From: an uncultured virus (IMG/VR IMGVR_UViG_3300025849_000011)
Lineage: Duplodnaviria > Heunggongvirae > Uroviricota > Caudoviricetes
Reading direction: 5' to 3' (one strand)
IMG/VR virus record: IMGVR_UViG_3300025849_000011
DNA length: 64,000 bases
Shown here: one piece after another, positions 1-10,846 of the stretch
How positions within the stretch are numbered: position 1 is the stretch's first letter
Layout: every line of letters starts with the position of its first letter
Notes under the pieces: model-generated
Told to the model about the DNA's origin: nothing
The model's input: only the letters and a program-made list of their open reading frames with translations
Databases searched by the model: none
Translations under genes and position numbers: made by a program

Positions 1-459
1 CATTACCACTAATTCATCATTACCATCAACTATTCTACGCATTCTAGCATTTTCAACAGTTTCATCCATACTCATAAATGGGCAAGGGTCCACATTTGAC
101 CAATAAGAGTCATTATGCCCACCTACGACTGCGCCATAACTAGTTCCTGCTGTCATTTTTGGAAGGAATATTGTAAAACCTCCACCAGCCCTGTAAGTAG
201 AAATACTTATTGAAGTTTCATTATTGTTTACTACATTTAAACCAGCATAGCCATAAGCATCCACATGCCAACCTGTTACACCAAACGCCATTTGTGGAAA
301 ACTGTGGGTCTGTTGTAATACTGCTTCTTCAGCCATTATAGGAGCAAGCGTGTTTTTATCATGGGGTTGTTGATACAGATAGATCATAGTACTTCCTGCA
401 TGTGGACTCTCCACTACAGCAAATTTATGTGCTTGGTATCCCTTTTTAATTAGTGCCAT
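1..459 (-). CDS. Hypothetical (probable virion) protein, N-terminal part; runs off the left edge of the window
   Basis: Not in ORF track. ATG at 459 with AGGA SD upstream; reads MALIKKGYQAHKFAVVESPHAG... and appears open to position 1. Confidence 0.7.
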   Translation of the reverse strand, partial: MALIKKGYQAHKFAVVESPHAGSTMIYLYQQPHDKNTLAPIMAEEAVLQQTHSFPQMAFGVTGWHVDAYGYAGLNVVNNNETSISISTYRAGGGFTIFLPKMTAGTSYGAVVGGHNDSYWSNVDPCPFMSMDETVENARMRRIVDGNDELVVM

Positions 460-473
460 ATCTTTATCCTACT

Positions 474-701
474 TTATGCTTGAAGTTTATACCATTCAAT
501 TGCTTCATTTATATCTACCCAATCACTTCTACTTCCATCTGGATTTGTTTTCCAAGGTTGAGTTAGACAAGGTTTTTTTGTACCATCCACAGTTTCTGAA
601 ATTTCCAATGTTGTTCCATTAAGAACCGCATCAAATGTGCGAGTTATTGTTATTGCATTGTCACTATCATCAAAATCTTCATGTGTTTTTGTAAATTGCA
701 T
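474..701 (-). CDS. Small hypothetical protein (75 aa)
   Basis: ORF fills the gap between neighbours; TATAAATA late promoter just upstream. Confidence 0.7.
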   Translation of the reverse strand: MQFTKTHEDFDDSDNAITITRTFDAVLNGTTLEISETVDGTKKPCLTQPWKTNPDGSRSDWVDINEAIEWYKLQA

Positions 702-719
702 TTCAACTCCGTTTTATTT

Positions 720-727
720 TATTTATA
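720..727 (-). promoter_or_regulatory. T4-type late promoter (TATAAATA)
   Basis: Exact consensus on minus strand in the intergenic gap, ~20 nt upstream of ATG 701. Confidence 0.75.
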
Positions 728-733
728 TACAAA

Positions 734-1420
734 TTATACATATGTAAACATAACAGTAAGATCAGAACCCGCTGTAGTGCTTCCAATTTGTGTTATATCT
801 ACCGTTAAATAATCATCTTCTACTAATGATATGCTAGGAGAACTATTAACAACTTTTGTTCCACCATCAGCAATTACCAATGTAGCAGCAGAAGAACCGT
901 TCTTATTCACTGTTACATTTATTCCAGCACCAACTGGTGCTGTGTTAACTCTCGCAACAATTTTGCTTATTGTGTTTGATGTGCTAGGTGAGTACCATCT
1001 TTTTGTACCAGTAGTAACGATCAATGCGCCAGTTTGAACCATACTCACTATGCTTGAAGCAGTATCTTGAACTACTCCAGACGTATTAGTTGTTTCTAAA
1101 GTTCCTGTCGCGGATGCTTTAAGAACTACTGCTGTTGAACCAGAGCCAATCTTCATAGCAGGAATTACCATTTCACCGCTATCACTAGCCGTTAAAGAAA
1201 CTGTATTTGCACCAGTGCCAATTTCTATTGAAGGCAACCCAATTGCACCACCTACGTTTGATGAAATTGATCCACTATCCCCTAGATATAATGTATTACC
1301 GCTTAAATGTAAATCTTTCCACTTTTTAGTGGATGAACCTAAATCATATGCAGAGTCGTTACTAGGATTAAAATTTCCAAACATCTCTCCATTTGCTAAT
1401 GATCTTCCTTTGGTGGGCAT
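734..1420 (-). CDS. Putative tail fibre-associated virion protein (228 aa)
   Basis: Contains the PxxDxxYDLGSxxKKWKDLxLSG fibre module also present twice in the 5746-aa protein; Ser/Thr/Gly-rich. Confidence 0.65.
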   Translation of the reverse strand: MPTKGRSLANGEMFGNFNPSNDSAYDLGSSTKKWKDLHLSGNTLYLGDSGSISSNVGGAIGLPSIEIGTGANTVSLTASDSGEMVIPAMKIGSGSTAVVLKASATGTLETTNTSGVVQDTASSIVSMVQTGALIVTTGTKRWYSPSTSNTISKIVARVNTAPVGAGINVTVNKNGSSAATLVIADGGTKVVNSSPSISLVEDDYLTVDITQIGSTTAGSDLTVMFTYV

Positions 1421-1447
1421 ATTAGGTTATCCTTAGTTATTATCTAC

Positions 1448-1455
1448 TATTTATA
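1448..1455 (-). promoter_or_regulatory. T4-type late promoter (TATAAATA)
   Basis: Exact consensus in the intergenic gap upstream of ATG 1420. Confidence 0.75.
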
Positions 1456-1466
1456 TGATTATCAAT

Positions 1467-4238
1467 TTATATTGGTTTAATAACAAATTTATTTCTTGTG
1501 GTATATACGTCCATCATTCCATTATTACCCAATGTTATAAATTTATCCCCTTCTGGAGTGAAATGAACATCTGCCATATTTTTATTATTTGGACCAGTTA
1601 ATAAATATTCATGGGTATTGAATGTACTACTAGAGAATGGATTTGTAATTGTATATTCTCGCACAAAACCTTTGGTGCTTGGACCACCAACAATTATCAT
1701 TTTATTCTCAGAATCGTTTAATGCCATACCAGTAATCAGACTATAATCAGGTAGTGTTGAAAAAGCAGAATCATATACCGCACTGTAAATTTCATTTGAA
1801 TCTGATAGATTATACCTATGAACTTTCTGAGCGGTAGTGCTTCTATTTTCAATAACATACATCTGTTTTCCATCAGAGGTTAATGTTACATCATGCAGCC
1901 GATTTGATGGAATGTAAGCATCTAAATTTAAATATTTTTGTGTTTGTACCGTAACTGCTGAATTTAAATCCGCACTGTCATTATTTGCTGCACTGCTATT
2001 GGTGAGTTGAAATGATTGTATTTGAGTTTCAGTAGTTTTTGGAAGATAGATAGTAGTTTCATCCTGATTAAGTTCAAACCCAGCACCAGCAGAAACATCT
2101 GTCACACCAAGTGTTGATCTTTCCACATCAAAAGTTGCAGTTGAAACATCGTATGGAATTGACATGCTATATTGTCTTGTTATTGAGGAATTTGATAAAT
2201 AAAATTTTGTTCCAATTCTATTCATTTTAAAATGTTTTAGTCTTGGTGAAGCAATAATTTGAGGTGAACGTCTTGTATATGATCCACTCCAAGGTTGGAT
2301 TATTCCAGCATCATTTTGCACAGTTGTTATATCATATGGTGTAGACATTGTAAATTCATAAACGTAATTTGTATCATTATCCCAAATAAATATAGAACTG
2401 CCATCTGGTTTAAGTTCTATTCCCCAACAACTATATAATTTTGATTCTGTTACATTATCTGTATTTGGACTTTTTTGGCCTATACCATGGCTCACTGTAG
2501 CAGTGGGAGTTGCTGATGATATTAGCCAAGGAGTTGTTAATGTGTATTGTTTTAACTGTCCTTTATCATAAGCACATCCCCATAAAATATATAATTTAGT
2601 ACCATCAGCAGAAATTGTAAAGCATTGAGGATATGCTGAGTGTATAAAATCGTATTGAATTTTATACCCAATAACTCTAAGTACTTGGTTTATCAATATA
2701 AATATTGAGTTTTTGTTAAAATGTGCAGCCCTTCTATATGTTGGAAAGGGACTATACCCTTCTGGTAATATTTCTCTGAAGTGTTGAGTAATTGTGGAAA
2801 ATGTTGAATCAGTTCGTACATATCCATAACCTTCTCTAGTATTACCACCACTACCACCTTTACCTCCAGGCCAATAAAATCTTTTTGTAGATTCAAAAAT
2901 AGAAAACAATCCTACATAATTTGCAGTGCATATTTGATCTTTATGACTTAAATCATGTTGCTTAATTCCATTAGCATCCATAATATAATAATGTTTGCCA
3001 TCTTTTGATAAATGTGTGGTAAAAGTATTATCATATATATTTTGTGTGGGATACCATTTTGTTATAAAGTTTCTAAACCAAGCAACATACGTGTAATCTC
3101 TAATCTGGCTGTTCGCTGATTGAGAAACAGTCACAGGATTTTGAATATTCGCGTTCTCATAATAATCAGTTTTATAATATGCAGAATCATCTAATTCGTA
3201 TGGATTTGTAAGATCGTATTGGTATATATTATTATGACCTTTATCTGCCAAAAATAATCTAGTACCAGAATCATTAAAATCTAAACCAAACAAATTACTT
3301 GAATTTATTGCTTCTGTAATACTGTTTGAAATTCCTAAATTATTATATATTCCTAATGATTTATCTGGAGTAGATGTTGAGAACAATGAATCAACCCCAT
3401 AAGGATTGTTAAGATTATATTGATCAACTGTTCTTCCACTACTTGAGTTATTCACAGCAAATAATTTTTTACCAGATATATTACCAGTTGATAATGAAGA
3501 ATCAACATCATTAAAAACAATTCCTTGGCAATTTGTCAAAAGTCTTAATGGTGATGATACCTTATATTTTACATCTGGTGCGCCTAATCCAATGTAATCG
3601 TAAAAGTCTGGAATATTTCCAAATGTGACATGTGCTTGAGTTGGGGTATATTCAAGTGTAAAATAAAAACTATTTTCAAGATAGTTTGAATCTAAATTGC
3701 TTTTTTTTGGCAACCCACTTTTTCCACTGCCTGTAGCAATTTGTCCAGTAAATTTATAAACATCATTTGTAATTTCTTCTGTATATTCAGAATAATCATA
3801 ATCTCCTGATGTTCTAGAAAGAACTGGTGTTATTGTATATTCGTTTCCAGAACCAACTAATTGTGAAATTGTTGGATTAAGTCTTTGGTTTGATGGACGA
3901 TTTGCTATTGACCCCTTAGATACATGTGCAATCCATTCAGTATCCATGTTAAAAAGATCAACATTATCAAGAATTCCAAGACTTGTACTAGTCAACTGTT
4001 GTACAGTCCAAGTTATAGGATTAGCATCAGAATCGTATTTATTGAGACTTACAATAGGTGTGTATGGGTCTGTATTTGGCGAAAAGGTAGAATCAAATGT
4101 TGAGAGATATATATCGTCTTTATACTCTACTTTTTTAATCTCTTCATGTATAGCACCAACTGTTACATAATTTTGATTAAGGTACATTTTAAATTTTCTT
4201 GCGTCAGAATCATAATATACTTGATATTCTTCTGGCAT
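1467..4238 (-). CDS. Beta-propeller repeat virion protein (923 aa)
   Basis: Recurrent blades such as FNDSGTRLFL...YQYDLTNPY, SADGTKLYI...QYTLTTPW, KPDGSSIFI...YEFTMSTPY. Confidence 0.65.
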   Translation of the reverse strand: MPEEYQVYYDSDARKFKMYLNQNYVTVGAIHEEIKKVEYKDDIYLSTFDSTFSPNTDPYTPIVSLNKYDSDANPITWTVQQLTSTSLGILDNVDLFNMDTEWIAHVSKGSIANRPSNQRLNPTISQLVGSGNEYTITPVLSRTSGDYDYSEYTEEITNDVYKFTGQIATGSGKSGLPKKSNLDSNYLENSFYFTLEYTPTQAHVTFGNIPDFYDYIGLGAPDVKYKVSSPLRLLTNCQGIVFNDVDSSLSTGNISGKKLFAVNNSSSGRTVDQYNLNNPYGVDSLFSTSTPDKSLGIYNNLGISNSITEAINSSNLFGLDFNDSGTRLFLADKGHNNIYQYDLTNPYELDDSAYYKTDYYENANIQNPVTVSQSANSQIRDYTYVAWFRNFITKWYPTQNIYDNTFTTHLSKDGKHYYIMDANGIKQHDLSHKDQICTANYVGLFSIFESTKRFYWPGGKGGSGGNTREGYGYVRTDSTFSTITQHFREILPEGYSPFPTYRRAAHFNKNSIFILINQVLRVIGYKIQYDFIHSAYPQCFTISADGTKLYILWGCAYDKGQLKQYTLTTPWLISSATPTATVSHGIGQKSPNTDNVTESKLYSCWGIELKPDGSSIFIWDNDTNYVYEFTMSTPYDITTVQNDAGIIQPWSGSYTRRSPQIIASPRLKHFKMNRIGTKFYLSNSSITRQYSMSIPYDVSTATFDVERSTLGVTDVSAGAGFELNQDETTIYLPKTTETQIQSFQLTNSSAANNDSADLNSAVTVQTQKYLNLDAYIPSNRLHDVTLTSDGKQMYVIENRSTTAQKVHRYNLSDSNEIYSAVYDSAFSTLPDYSLITGMALNDSENKMIIVGGPSTKGFVREYTITNPFSSSTFNTHEYLLTGPNNKNMADVHFTPEGDKFITLGNNGMMDVYTTRNKFVIKPI

Positions 4239-7200
4239 TATATTATACCCCCTGTTTGAGAAGATACGATAGGATCAAATATCATACTAGTTGAATCAAA
4301 ATCAGGTGGAATACTATCTAAGGTTATATACCTCATAAATTGTATATCGCCAAGCCAAGATATATCTAAACCGCTTGTGCCGTTATATTGAAATGAAATT
4401 TCCATCGGTGTAGCAGATGAATCTGTTGGTCTTGATAAACTATTTACAATTGGCCTCTTATTTTCAGAATCCACAGATTTTCCAATAAAATGTAAATGAG
4501 AGGTTCTATGCATGTTAGATTCTGATATATCATATGCTTTAATATAGAAGGTTTTGTTGTCAGCATCATGACCTATTTGTAGAATAGGAGTTTGATAATT
4601 ATCAACAGAATATGTCCAATCAATACTATCTCCTCTATCATCAGAATCTTTAAGGTGTATCAAAAAACTTGGCCTCGCGAAAGCAAGATTAGAATCTGGT
4701 TGATATATGTATGTGTGATCATCTCCTGTTATAGTTCCAATATATGAACCACTTGATTCTTGAACTAATGGAGAATTAAATCCACCGAAGCCATCAGATT
4801 CATATATAGGCATAGTTTTCCTAATAGGTCTATAGTTTGAATCTTCAACTAATCCCAATGTCATATTTTGTGGTCTTGGTGCAACATCTGCATTAGTGTA
4901 TTGCCAATCAGCGGGTGGCGCACCAGTGGTTTTGAAAGGCATCTTGAAATCAATATTAGCACCTTCACCAAATACTCCAGTGCCATATTGTTCACTTGGA
5001 TTATCATCAACTAATATAGTATAAGCACTTTCTAAAGCATTTGGTAAAATACCTACTTTGCGCCACGATTTAACATCAGCAGTGTATGGACTATTTTCAT
5101 TCGCTAAAATGGATGAACCATCATGAGCCGTTAGGAAAACATCATCTGGGTCTTTTGTAAGTTTGTCACCAAACCCAAATTCTGTTAAAAATTGTGCAGT
5201 GTAATCATTACCATTTCTTTTTTGGTTTCTAGTTAAACGAAATTCTTTTAGCAGAAAATCTCCATATACATCTTCATAAATTCCAAGAGTAGGATTCCAA
5301 GAGTCTTTTTTATTAAACATGATGTTATCTGTACTAATCAGAGAATTTATGTCTAAATTTATTGAACTACTATCTACCTTTATACCATCTATATAAGTTC
5401 TAATTACATTAGAGTCTCCACTGTAGTTTAAAGATGTGGAGAACCAATCACCTAAAGTATAAGGTACATTATGTAATTTACTTTTTGAAATACCGTGTGT
5501 TATAGTACCATCAGTGCCATAACTAAGTACAGTATCTACAATTTGAGGATTTAAGATTAAATGTGTACTACTATCATTTTTTATCGTAGGTGCTGAATCA
5601 ATAGTATATTGGAGAGCATACTTATTACTATCATGGATAATAAAATCTCTAATATAACGAAATTTACTTGCTGCTACATAATCATCTATATACCACTCTG
5701 ACATAGGATTTCCTGTAGTGAAAGTTGTATCTACAGTACTTTGATTTATTAAAAGTTTTCCTTCAAATGTTGGAGAATTAGTGGGATTAAGTAAATCATA
5801 TGTTGGACCAAAATCTTTTTGAAAAATACAATCTTTAATTATAATTTCATTAACATTAACTTTACTGTTTTTATAAGACGAATAATTATTTCTATTTGGA
5901 ACTAACCATGATTTATAGTTTGTAAATATGCATCCTTCAAATTTTATGATATTATCTGATGATCCTGCATCGCGAGAAGATTGATATGTTCTCCACCCAA
6001 TGTCTTTATTATTAAAATCAAAAATGCATTTGAACGCAATACCATGTGCGCTTTTAAAAATAATATCAGGGTTGTAAGAATGATATTCTGCTTTCTTGAT
6101 ATTCATAAATGCAAGTTGAGTATTTGATGTAGTTGCTTCATCAAAAATCCTATGTACTTTAATTTTCAATTCTACATCATTAGGATTATCTGTTGTACCA
6201 CAAATTAAAAATCCTACGTCAAAAAAGATACTAGTCTTGGTGTTATAATGGGTTTGAGTACCAGTTTGTGAAGCCGAAACTTCATATTTTCCAGTAGGTA
6301 GAACTAAAGCGTCACCTTCAGATAATCCAGCCAAAGCCGTTTTTATATCAGTATTTTGACCACCAGAATAATGTACTATAGACCCTCCAGTTTTAGCAAC
6401 ATAGTCTGTTGCATATTGCAATCCAGTTTGTTCACCTCTATTATTTCTTACTGCTTCAGCAATTGTAACAGAACAATCTTTAAAGTCACTATACATTTGA
6501 GGATTATATAATAAACTAGATTTTAAAGTCCCTTGCCAACTATCACCAAGAGAGTCCATACCAAATGCACCATCTCCAGAAGAACTTGAAGCATTTCTAT
6601 CAGCAGAAGGAATAGTTTCTATTAGATCAACTGGATCAAGTTTCCATGAATTAGCACCTATTCTGACCTTTGAATGAGAATGTACACACCATTTTCTATG
6701 TTCAAAATTGTCAAAAAGCCTCCCCCTTCTAAATTTGTGCATCAGTGCTAGAGATGTATGCATCGCCCCTTTGTTTACATCGGACTGATATCCTCTGGTA
6801 TCCTTTGAACTTATGGTGCGAATAAAATATGGATAATCACTGAAAGGCCAAGTCGTGCCTTGGTCTGAAAGATACTCTGCTGGTGCTAAACCTTGAGAAC
6901 CATCAATAGATAACATTATCTGGTGTAATATTCTAAAATTAAAATATCTATCATGATTATCACTCGTTATTCCTGGATACCAAGATTCGTAATATGCTTT
7001 GAATGAAACGGCAATGTTTTGGTTCAAATATGGCGAATAGGCGTCACCTCTATGATCAGGTTCTATGATCATTCCACCTACGTTTACGCCGTTTGAGTTA
7101 TGATTTTGCGGGTAATAACTTGCTGGTGGTCCAGGCCATTGAGATGGTCTAATAGTACCAAACTTGCTGGCTTGTCGGTTATATTGATTTTCAGGTATTT

Positions 7201-10200
7201 GACTATCAGGCATTTCTAAATCATCATTGATCCAATCTATATTAGTTATAACACCCCCCACATTTTTATGTGTACCCAATCGTTCACCTAAACCTCCAAA
7301 TACACCATCAATTATTAGGGCGTCTTTTTTAAGAGTATTAATATATGGTTGAATATTATTAATTACTTTAAATTGATTAAAAGCACCTTCACCATAATCG
7401 CCAGGGTAGTACACACCACGATTCTGACCGCGAGTATCGCTGACAGCATTAATGTTTTTAGTTCCATCCGTAGAAGAAATCTTTTCTCCCTTTTTTAACA
7501 TAATACTATAAGGAGCATCATTCTCAGGAAAATCTACATAACCGATATATGCAGCACTCGCGAATATATAAATTCTACTATCTGGTTCTGATATGATATA
7601 AGATACACGCTCACTTCCAAAATCCTTAACCATAGGATATACATCTGTTTGATATGCCGAAGCACCAAATCCATCATCACCCAATCCCCCTCTAGGGACA
7701 AATTTATCAGGAGCAATTGAACCAAAAGACTGTGGATGAGGGGCTGTTGGAAAACCATCTCCCATATCCCCCTTCCCAGAAGGTTGTTTGTAACGTTGAT
7801 TAGTATTATAAACTTGGGTATCAAGATATGGCGAAACATACCTATAATCTACATAGGTATGGGTGGCTCTGTGCCTTCTAAGTGAGGACCATGCACCTGT
7901 AGAACCAGTTTTAGTCGGATCACCAGAGTATCTATCTATAGGTCTATTAAATTGTGCATTTCCTCCATAATAATCGTCTGAGTTATCATACTGAGATGTT
8001 TTGGAAAGGCCATCAATTCTGAAGTTACTCATTTGTCCATACGTTTCACTAACAAATTGCCCATTAGTATACATATAAGGGTGAACACCAATTTTAGATG
8101 TTTCAAAAAGAGTTAAATATACTGGACAATTTGTTCTATTATATTTATGAGCATTAGTTTTGGCAAGTTCTGGTCCATAAAATACCGATTTTTGAGCAAA
8201 CCACATACCAGTGTAATCAGCAGGATGACCACTTCTATTATCAGCAGGGTCTATTTCAATGTAATAAGTTTTAGTACCACCCTTGTGTATTGATACGTTA
8301 TCAATATAAGTATAATTTCCAGCAGAAAAAACTCTCGCCCCGCCTAATAAATCCCCTCTAGTACCATATCCTGGAATTGCATTTTGATTTTTATTAAGCG
8401 CAACCCCAGCAGTGCCTTCCCGCGCCATTGGCGTAACTGAAGCAGGTGTAAGACAGTCAACTATTTCTTGGTGTGTCCAAGGATCATAGTCACTTCCTAA
8501 ACTAGAATTCCACCTATCTCCCCAATATGTTGTTAATCCACCTACTGGTTGTCCTGGAGTTGATCCAGATTGTAAATACTGCCCTTTATTATTATTATGC
8601 CACTCCTTTATAAAATCAACTGCCCACTTTTCTTGTTTTAGTCCAATATTTTCTGACATTCCATCAGTTTGTTTAGCCTTATATGCAGCCTCTGCACCAA
8701 ATTTAAGACCAGTTCCAAGACTACTAAAAAGACTAGCGTTACCTGTCGCAACACCATCGCGCCGCCAATTAGCAGGTGCGGTATCAAACGCTGCTGCGTT
8801 AATGGTATTGTTGCGGTGTTTGGTAATGTCATCTTCCAGAAAAATTGATCCTAATGGTGCTGGCTTGTTTTCATTACGCAGTGGTGGAGCCGAAAGAAAA
8901 TCCACTGAATTATGGCTTTTATGCCCATTCTCATCGTATCCCGCGAGTGGTAAATAATCATCAGTATACCAACGATCAGGTCTGTGATATCCCAAATCAA
9001 ACGCTTCTGGATATTTTTGAATATGCATATAATATCTAGCGATAAACGAATAAATAAGACCTCTACTGTTGATTGAATACACTTCACCGCTGGGAATGAC
9101 AGCCCCAGTATCATCTAGGTTCCGAATTCCACCACTAAGATAACGATTGTTTCCCACAAACCGAGCAGCGGTGCTTTTTTCCCATTGCGGCATCCACATC
9201 CATTGAAGAGTAATACCGTAATACTGCTTTCTGTGGTCAATATCATAAGCAGGAGTGTAACCATCTGCATGAGTATATCCAGGAATATTTTGCTTACTTG
9301 CGCTGGGAATATTTTCATTTAAATTATCGTAAAAATGTTGTGGTCTATAACCATCAACGGCATTTGCCATAGTATATTTTGCGATTAATCGCGCATTTGC
9401 ATTATCTCCACTGATCCCACCTGACGAACCAAAACACCAAAGAGGAAATCCAACATATCCATTGTTTATGCGGCTATTAATATATTTATAACGTGTATGT
9501 TGTAGATTGAGAGGACGTCTTGTTACTTTACTTATATCTTGTTCACCGTCAACAGTGCAATCTTCATTTGTATATGCTAGTTTGCTTAACTTTTGAACAG
9601 TAGGATAATCATAATAATAGTTCCAAGACCCATCTTGCTCATTATTAAATGTACTATAAGGAAATATATCAGTATTATAATTCTCAGCACCATCTGATCT
9701 ACTTCTAGTGGATGAATCCAACATTGAAGGTGAATTTGTAAATGTTGCATTACTCAAATCTTCAAAAGAAGTCAAAGCCCATTGTCGTGCAGGTAAAGAT
9801 TTATTAATAGAATTAGAACCTTGATAATTACTATCAATCCATAACCTAACTCTTCCTGGATCAGTGTTTACGTCCCAAGAAATTGTATGAATATCATTAT
9901 CTGTTGGTGCTGGAACTATTAATGATGGTCCATCAGCACCACCCGCTGATAACTTTAAATCGGCTCCAGAGTTTATAGTTTGTAATTGTACTCTATTTAC
10001 CGCACCGCCCATGTAAAATAAAGTTTTATCTGTTGGTGACATTGTTGTTTGAACGGTCCATGAAGAAGGAACTTTTCTGTCCATAGTAAAAATATTCATA
10101 AAACCACTATCAATAATATATTTAACAGATGCACCATCATCAGGAGTTCTAGTTAATTCAACAGAATCTCCGTTTTTCCATAATTCATAATTAAATCCAT

Positions 10201-10846
10201 CAAATGTAAGTGCATTATGCGTCCAAGTGTTTGCGTCAAGACTACTGGCACTAGAGGTATACTGAACCCCATTTACAATAATTCCTTCTTCATTTAATAC
10301 TAAAATATCTTTAAATTTATCCATTACAGCAAAAACGGTGTCATTTGTTGCAGAATTTTCTTTACGATACCAAAATTCAATAGTAAATGGCGAAAATAAT
10401 ACCATACTATCAAGGCTACTATCAACAGTAATAAAGTCAAGACTACTATCAAAAAATAATGAAGAATTTCCATTATTATATGGCCCATGTTTAACTGCTT
10501 GAGTACGACCATATTGAGTGATTGTATGGGAATCTGAAGAAAAATCTAAAATAGAAGAAACTCTTGGATTTGCTATATCAAATATTGAAAAATCATCAGC
10601 AATACTTTTATTCATCCAGAATTCTATACTAAAAGAATCTCTTACCCCAGGAGATAAAAAATCAAAAAATGTGCTATCTAACCTTAAATGTGTACCATCA
10701 TCAAAATTATAAGAAAATGATGAGGTAGTGCTTAAATCAAAAAATCTGTAAATAGCATTATTTTTTTTTACTACTGCCTCATCACCTTCAACAACATCAA
10801 CCGAAGATATGTCGGCCTCTGTATTACATATTTGAATATTACTCAT
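4238..10846 (-). CDS. Large virion/receptor-binding protein with LamG/concanavalin A-like motifs (2202 aa)
   Basis: FSIEFWM and FTIEFWY...WTHNALTFDG motifs; long intact ORF coupled to neighbours (TAATG overlap at 4238). Confidence 0.6.
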   Translation of the reverse strand: MSNIQICNTEADISSVDVVEGDEAVVKKNNAIYRFFDLSTTSSFSYNFDDGTHLRLDSTFFDFLSPGVRDSFSIEFWMNKSIADDFSIFDIANPRVSSILDFSSDSHTITQYGRTQAVKHGPYNNGNSSLFFDSSLDFITVDSSLDSMVLFSPFTIEFWYRKENSATNDTVFAVMDKFKDILVLNEEGIIVNGVQYTSSASSLDANTWTHNALTFDGFNYELWKNGDSVELTRTPDDGASVKYIIDSGFMNIFTMDRKVPSSWTVQTTMSPTDKTLFYMGGAVNRVQLQTINSGADLKLSAGGADGPSLIVPAPTDNDIHTISWDVNTDPGRVRLWIDSNYQGSNSINKSLPARQWALTSFEDLSNATFTNSPSMLDSSTRSRSDGAENYNTDIFPYSTFNNEQDGSWNYYYDYPTVQKLSKLAYTNEDCTVDGEQDISKVTRRPLNLQHTRYKYINSRINNGYVGFPLWCFGSSGGISGDNANARLIAKYTMANAVDGYRPQHFYDNLNENIPSASKQNIPGYTHADGYTPAYDIDHRKQYYGITLQWMWMPQWEKSTAARFVGNNRYLSGGIRNLDDTGAVIPSGEVYSINSRGLIYSFIARYYMHIQKYPEAFDLGYHRPDRWYTDDYLPLAGYDENGHKSHNSVDFLSAPPLRNENKPAPLGSIFLEDDITKHRNNTINAAAFDTAPANWRRDGVATGNASLFSSLGTGLKFGAEAAYKAKQTDGMSENIGLKQEKWAVDFIKEWHNNNKGQYLQSGSTPGQPVGGLTTYWGDRWNSSLGSDYDPWTHQEIVDCLTPASVTPMAREGTAGVALNKNQNAIPGYGTRGDLLGGARVFSAGNYTYIDNVSIHKGGTKTYYIEIDPADNRSGHPADYTGMWFAQKSVFYGPELAKTNAHKYNRTNCPVYLTLFETSKIGVHPYMYTNGQFVSETYGQMSNFRIDGLSKTSQYDNSDDYYGGNAQFNRPIDRYSGDPTKTGSTGAWSSLRRHRATHTYVDYRYVSPYLDTQVYNTNQRYKQPSGKGDMGDGFPTAPHPQSFGSIAPDKFVPRGGLGDDGFGASAYQTDVYPMVKDFGSERVSYIISEPDSRIYIFASAAYIGYVDFPENDAPYSIMLKKGEKISSTDGTKNINAVSDTRGQNRGVYYPGDYGEGAFNQFKVINNIQPYINTLKKDALIIDGVFGGLGERLGTHKNVGGVITNIDWINDDLEMPDSQIPENQYNRQASKFGTIRPSQWPGPPASYYPQNHNSNGVNVGGMIIEPDHRGDAYSPYLNQNIAVSFKAYYESWYPGITSDNHDRYFNFRILHQIMLSIDGSQGLAPAEYLSDQGTTWPFSDYPYFIRTISSKDTRGYQSDVNKGAMHTSLALMHKFRRGRLFDNFEHRKWCVHSHSKVRIGANSWKLDPVDLIETIPSADRNASSSSGDGAFGMDSLGDSWQGTLKSSLLYNPQMYSDFKDCSVTIAEAVRNNRGEQTGLQYATDYVAKTGGSIVHYSGGQNTDIKTALAGLSEGDALVLPTGKYEVSASQTGTQTHYNTKTSIFFDVGFLICGTTDNPNDVELKIKVHRIFDEATTSNTQLAFMNIKKAEYHSYNPDIIFKSAHGIAFKCIFDFNNKDIGWRTYQSSRDAGSSDNIIKFEGCIFTNYKSWLVPNRNNYSSYKNSKVNVNEIIIKDCIFQKDFGPTYDLLNPTNSPTFEGKLLINQSTVDTTFTTGNPMSEWYIDDYVAASKFRYIRDFIIHDSNKYALQYTIDSAPTIKNDSSTHLILNPQIVDTVLSYGTDGTITHGISKSKLHNVPYTLGDWFSTSLNYSGDSNVIRTYIDGIKVDSSSINLDINSLISTDNIMFNKKDSWNPTLGIYEDVYGDFLLKEFRLTRNQKRNGNDYTAQFLTEFGFGDKLTKDPDDVFLTAHDGSSILANENSPYTADVKSWRKVGILPNALESAYTILVDDNPSEQYGTGVFGEGANIDFKMPFKTTGAPPADWQYTNADVAPRPQNMTLGLVEDSNYRPIRKTMPIYESDGFGGFNSPLVQESSGSYIGTITGDDHTYIYQPDSNLAFARPSFLIHLKDSDDRGDSIDWTYSVDNYQTPILQIGHDADNKTFYIKAYDISESNMHRTSHLHFIGKSVDSENKRPIVNSLSRPTDSSATPMEISFQYNGTSGLDISWLGDIQFMRYITLDSIPPDFDSTSMIFDPIVSSQTGGII

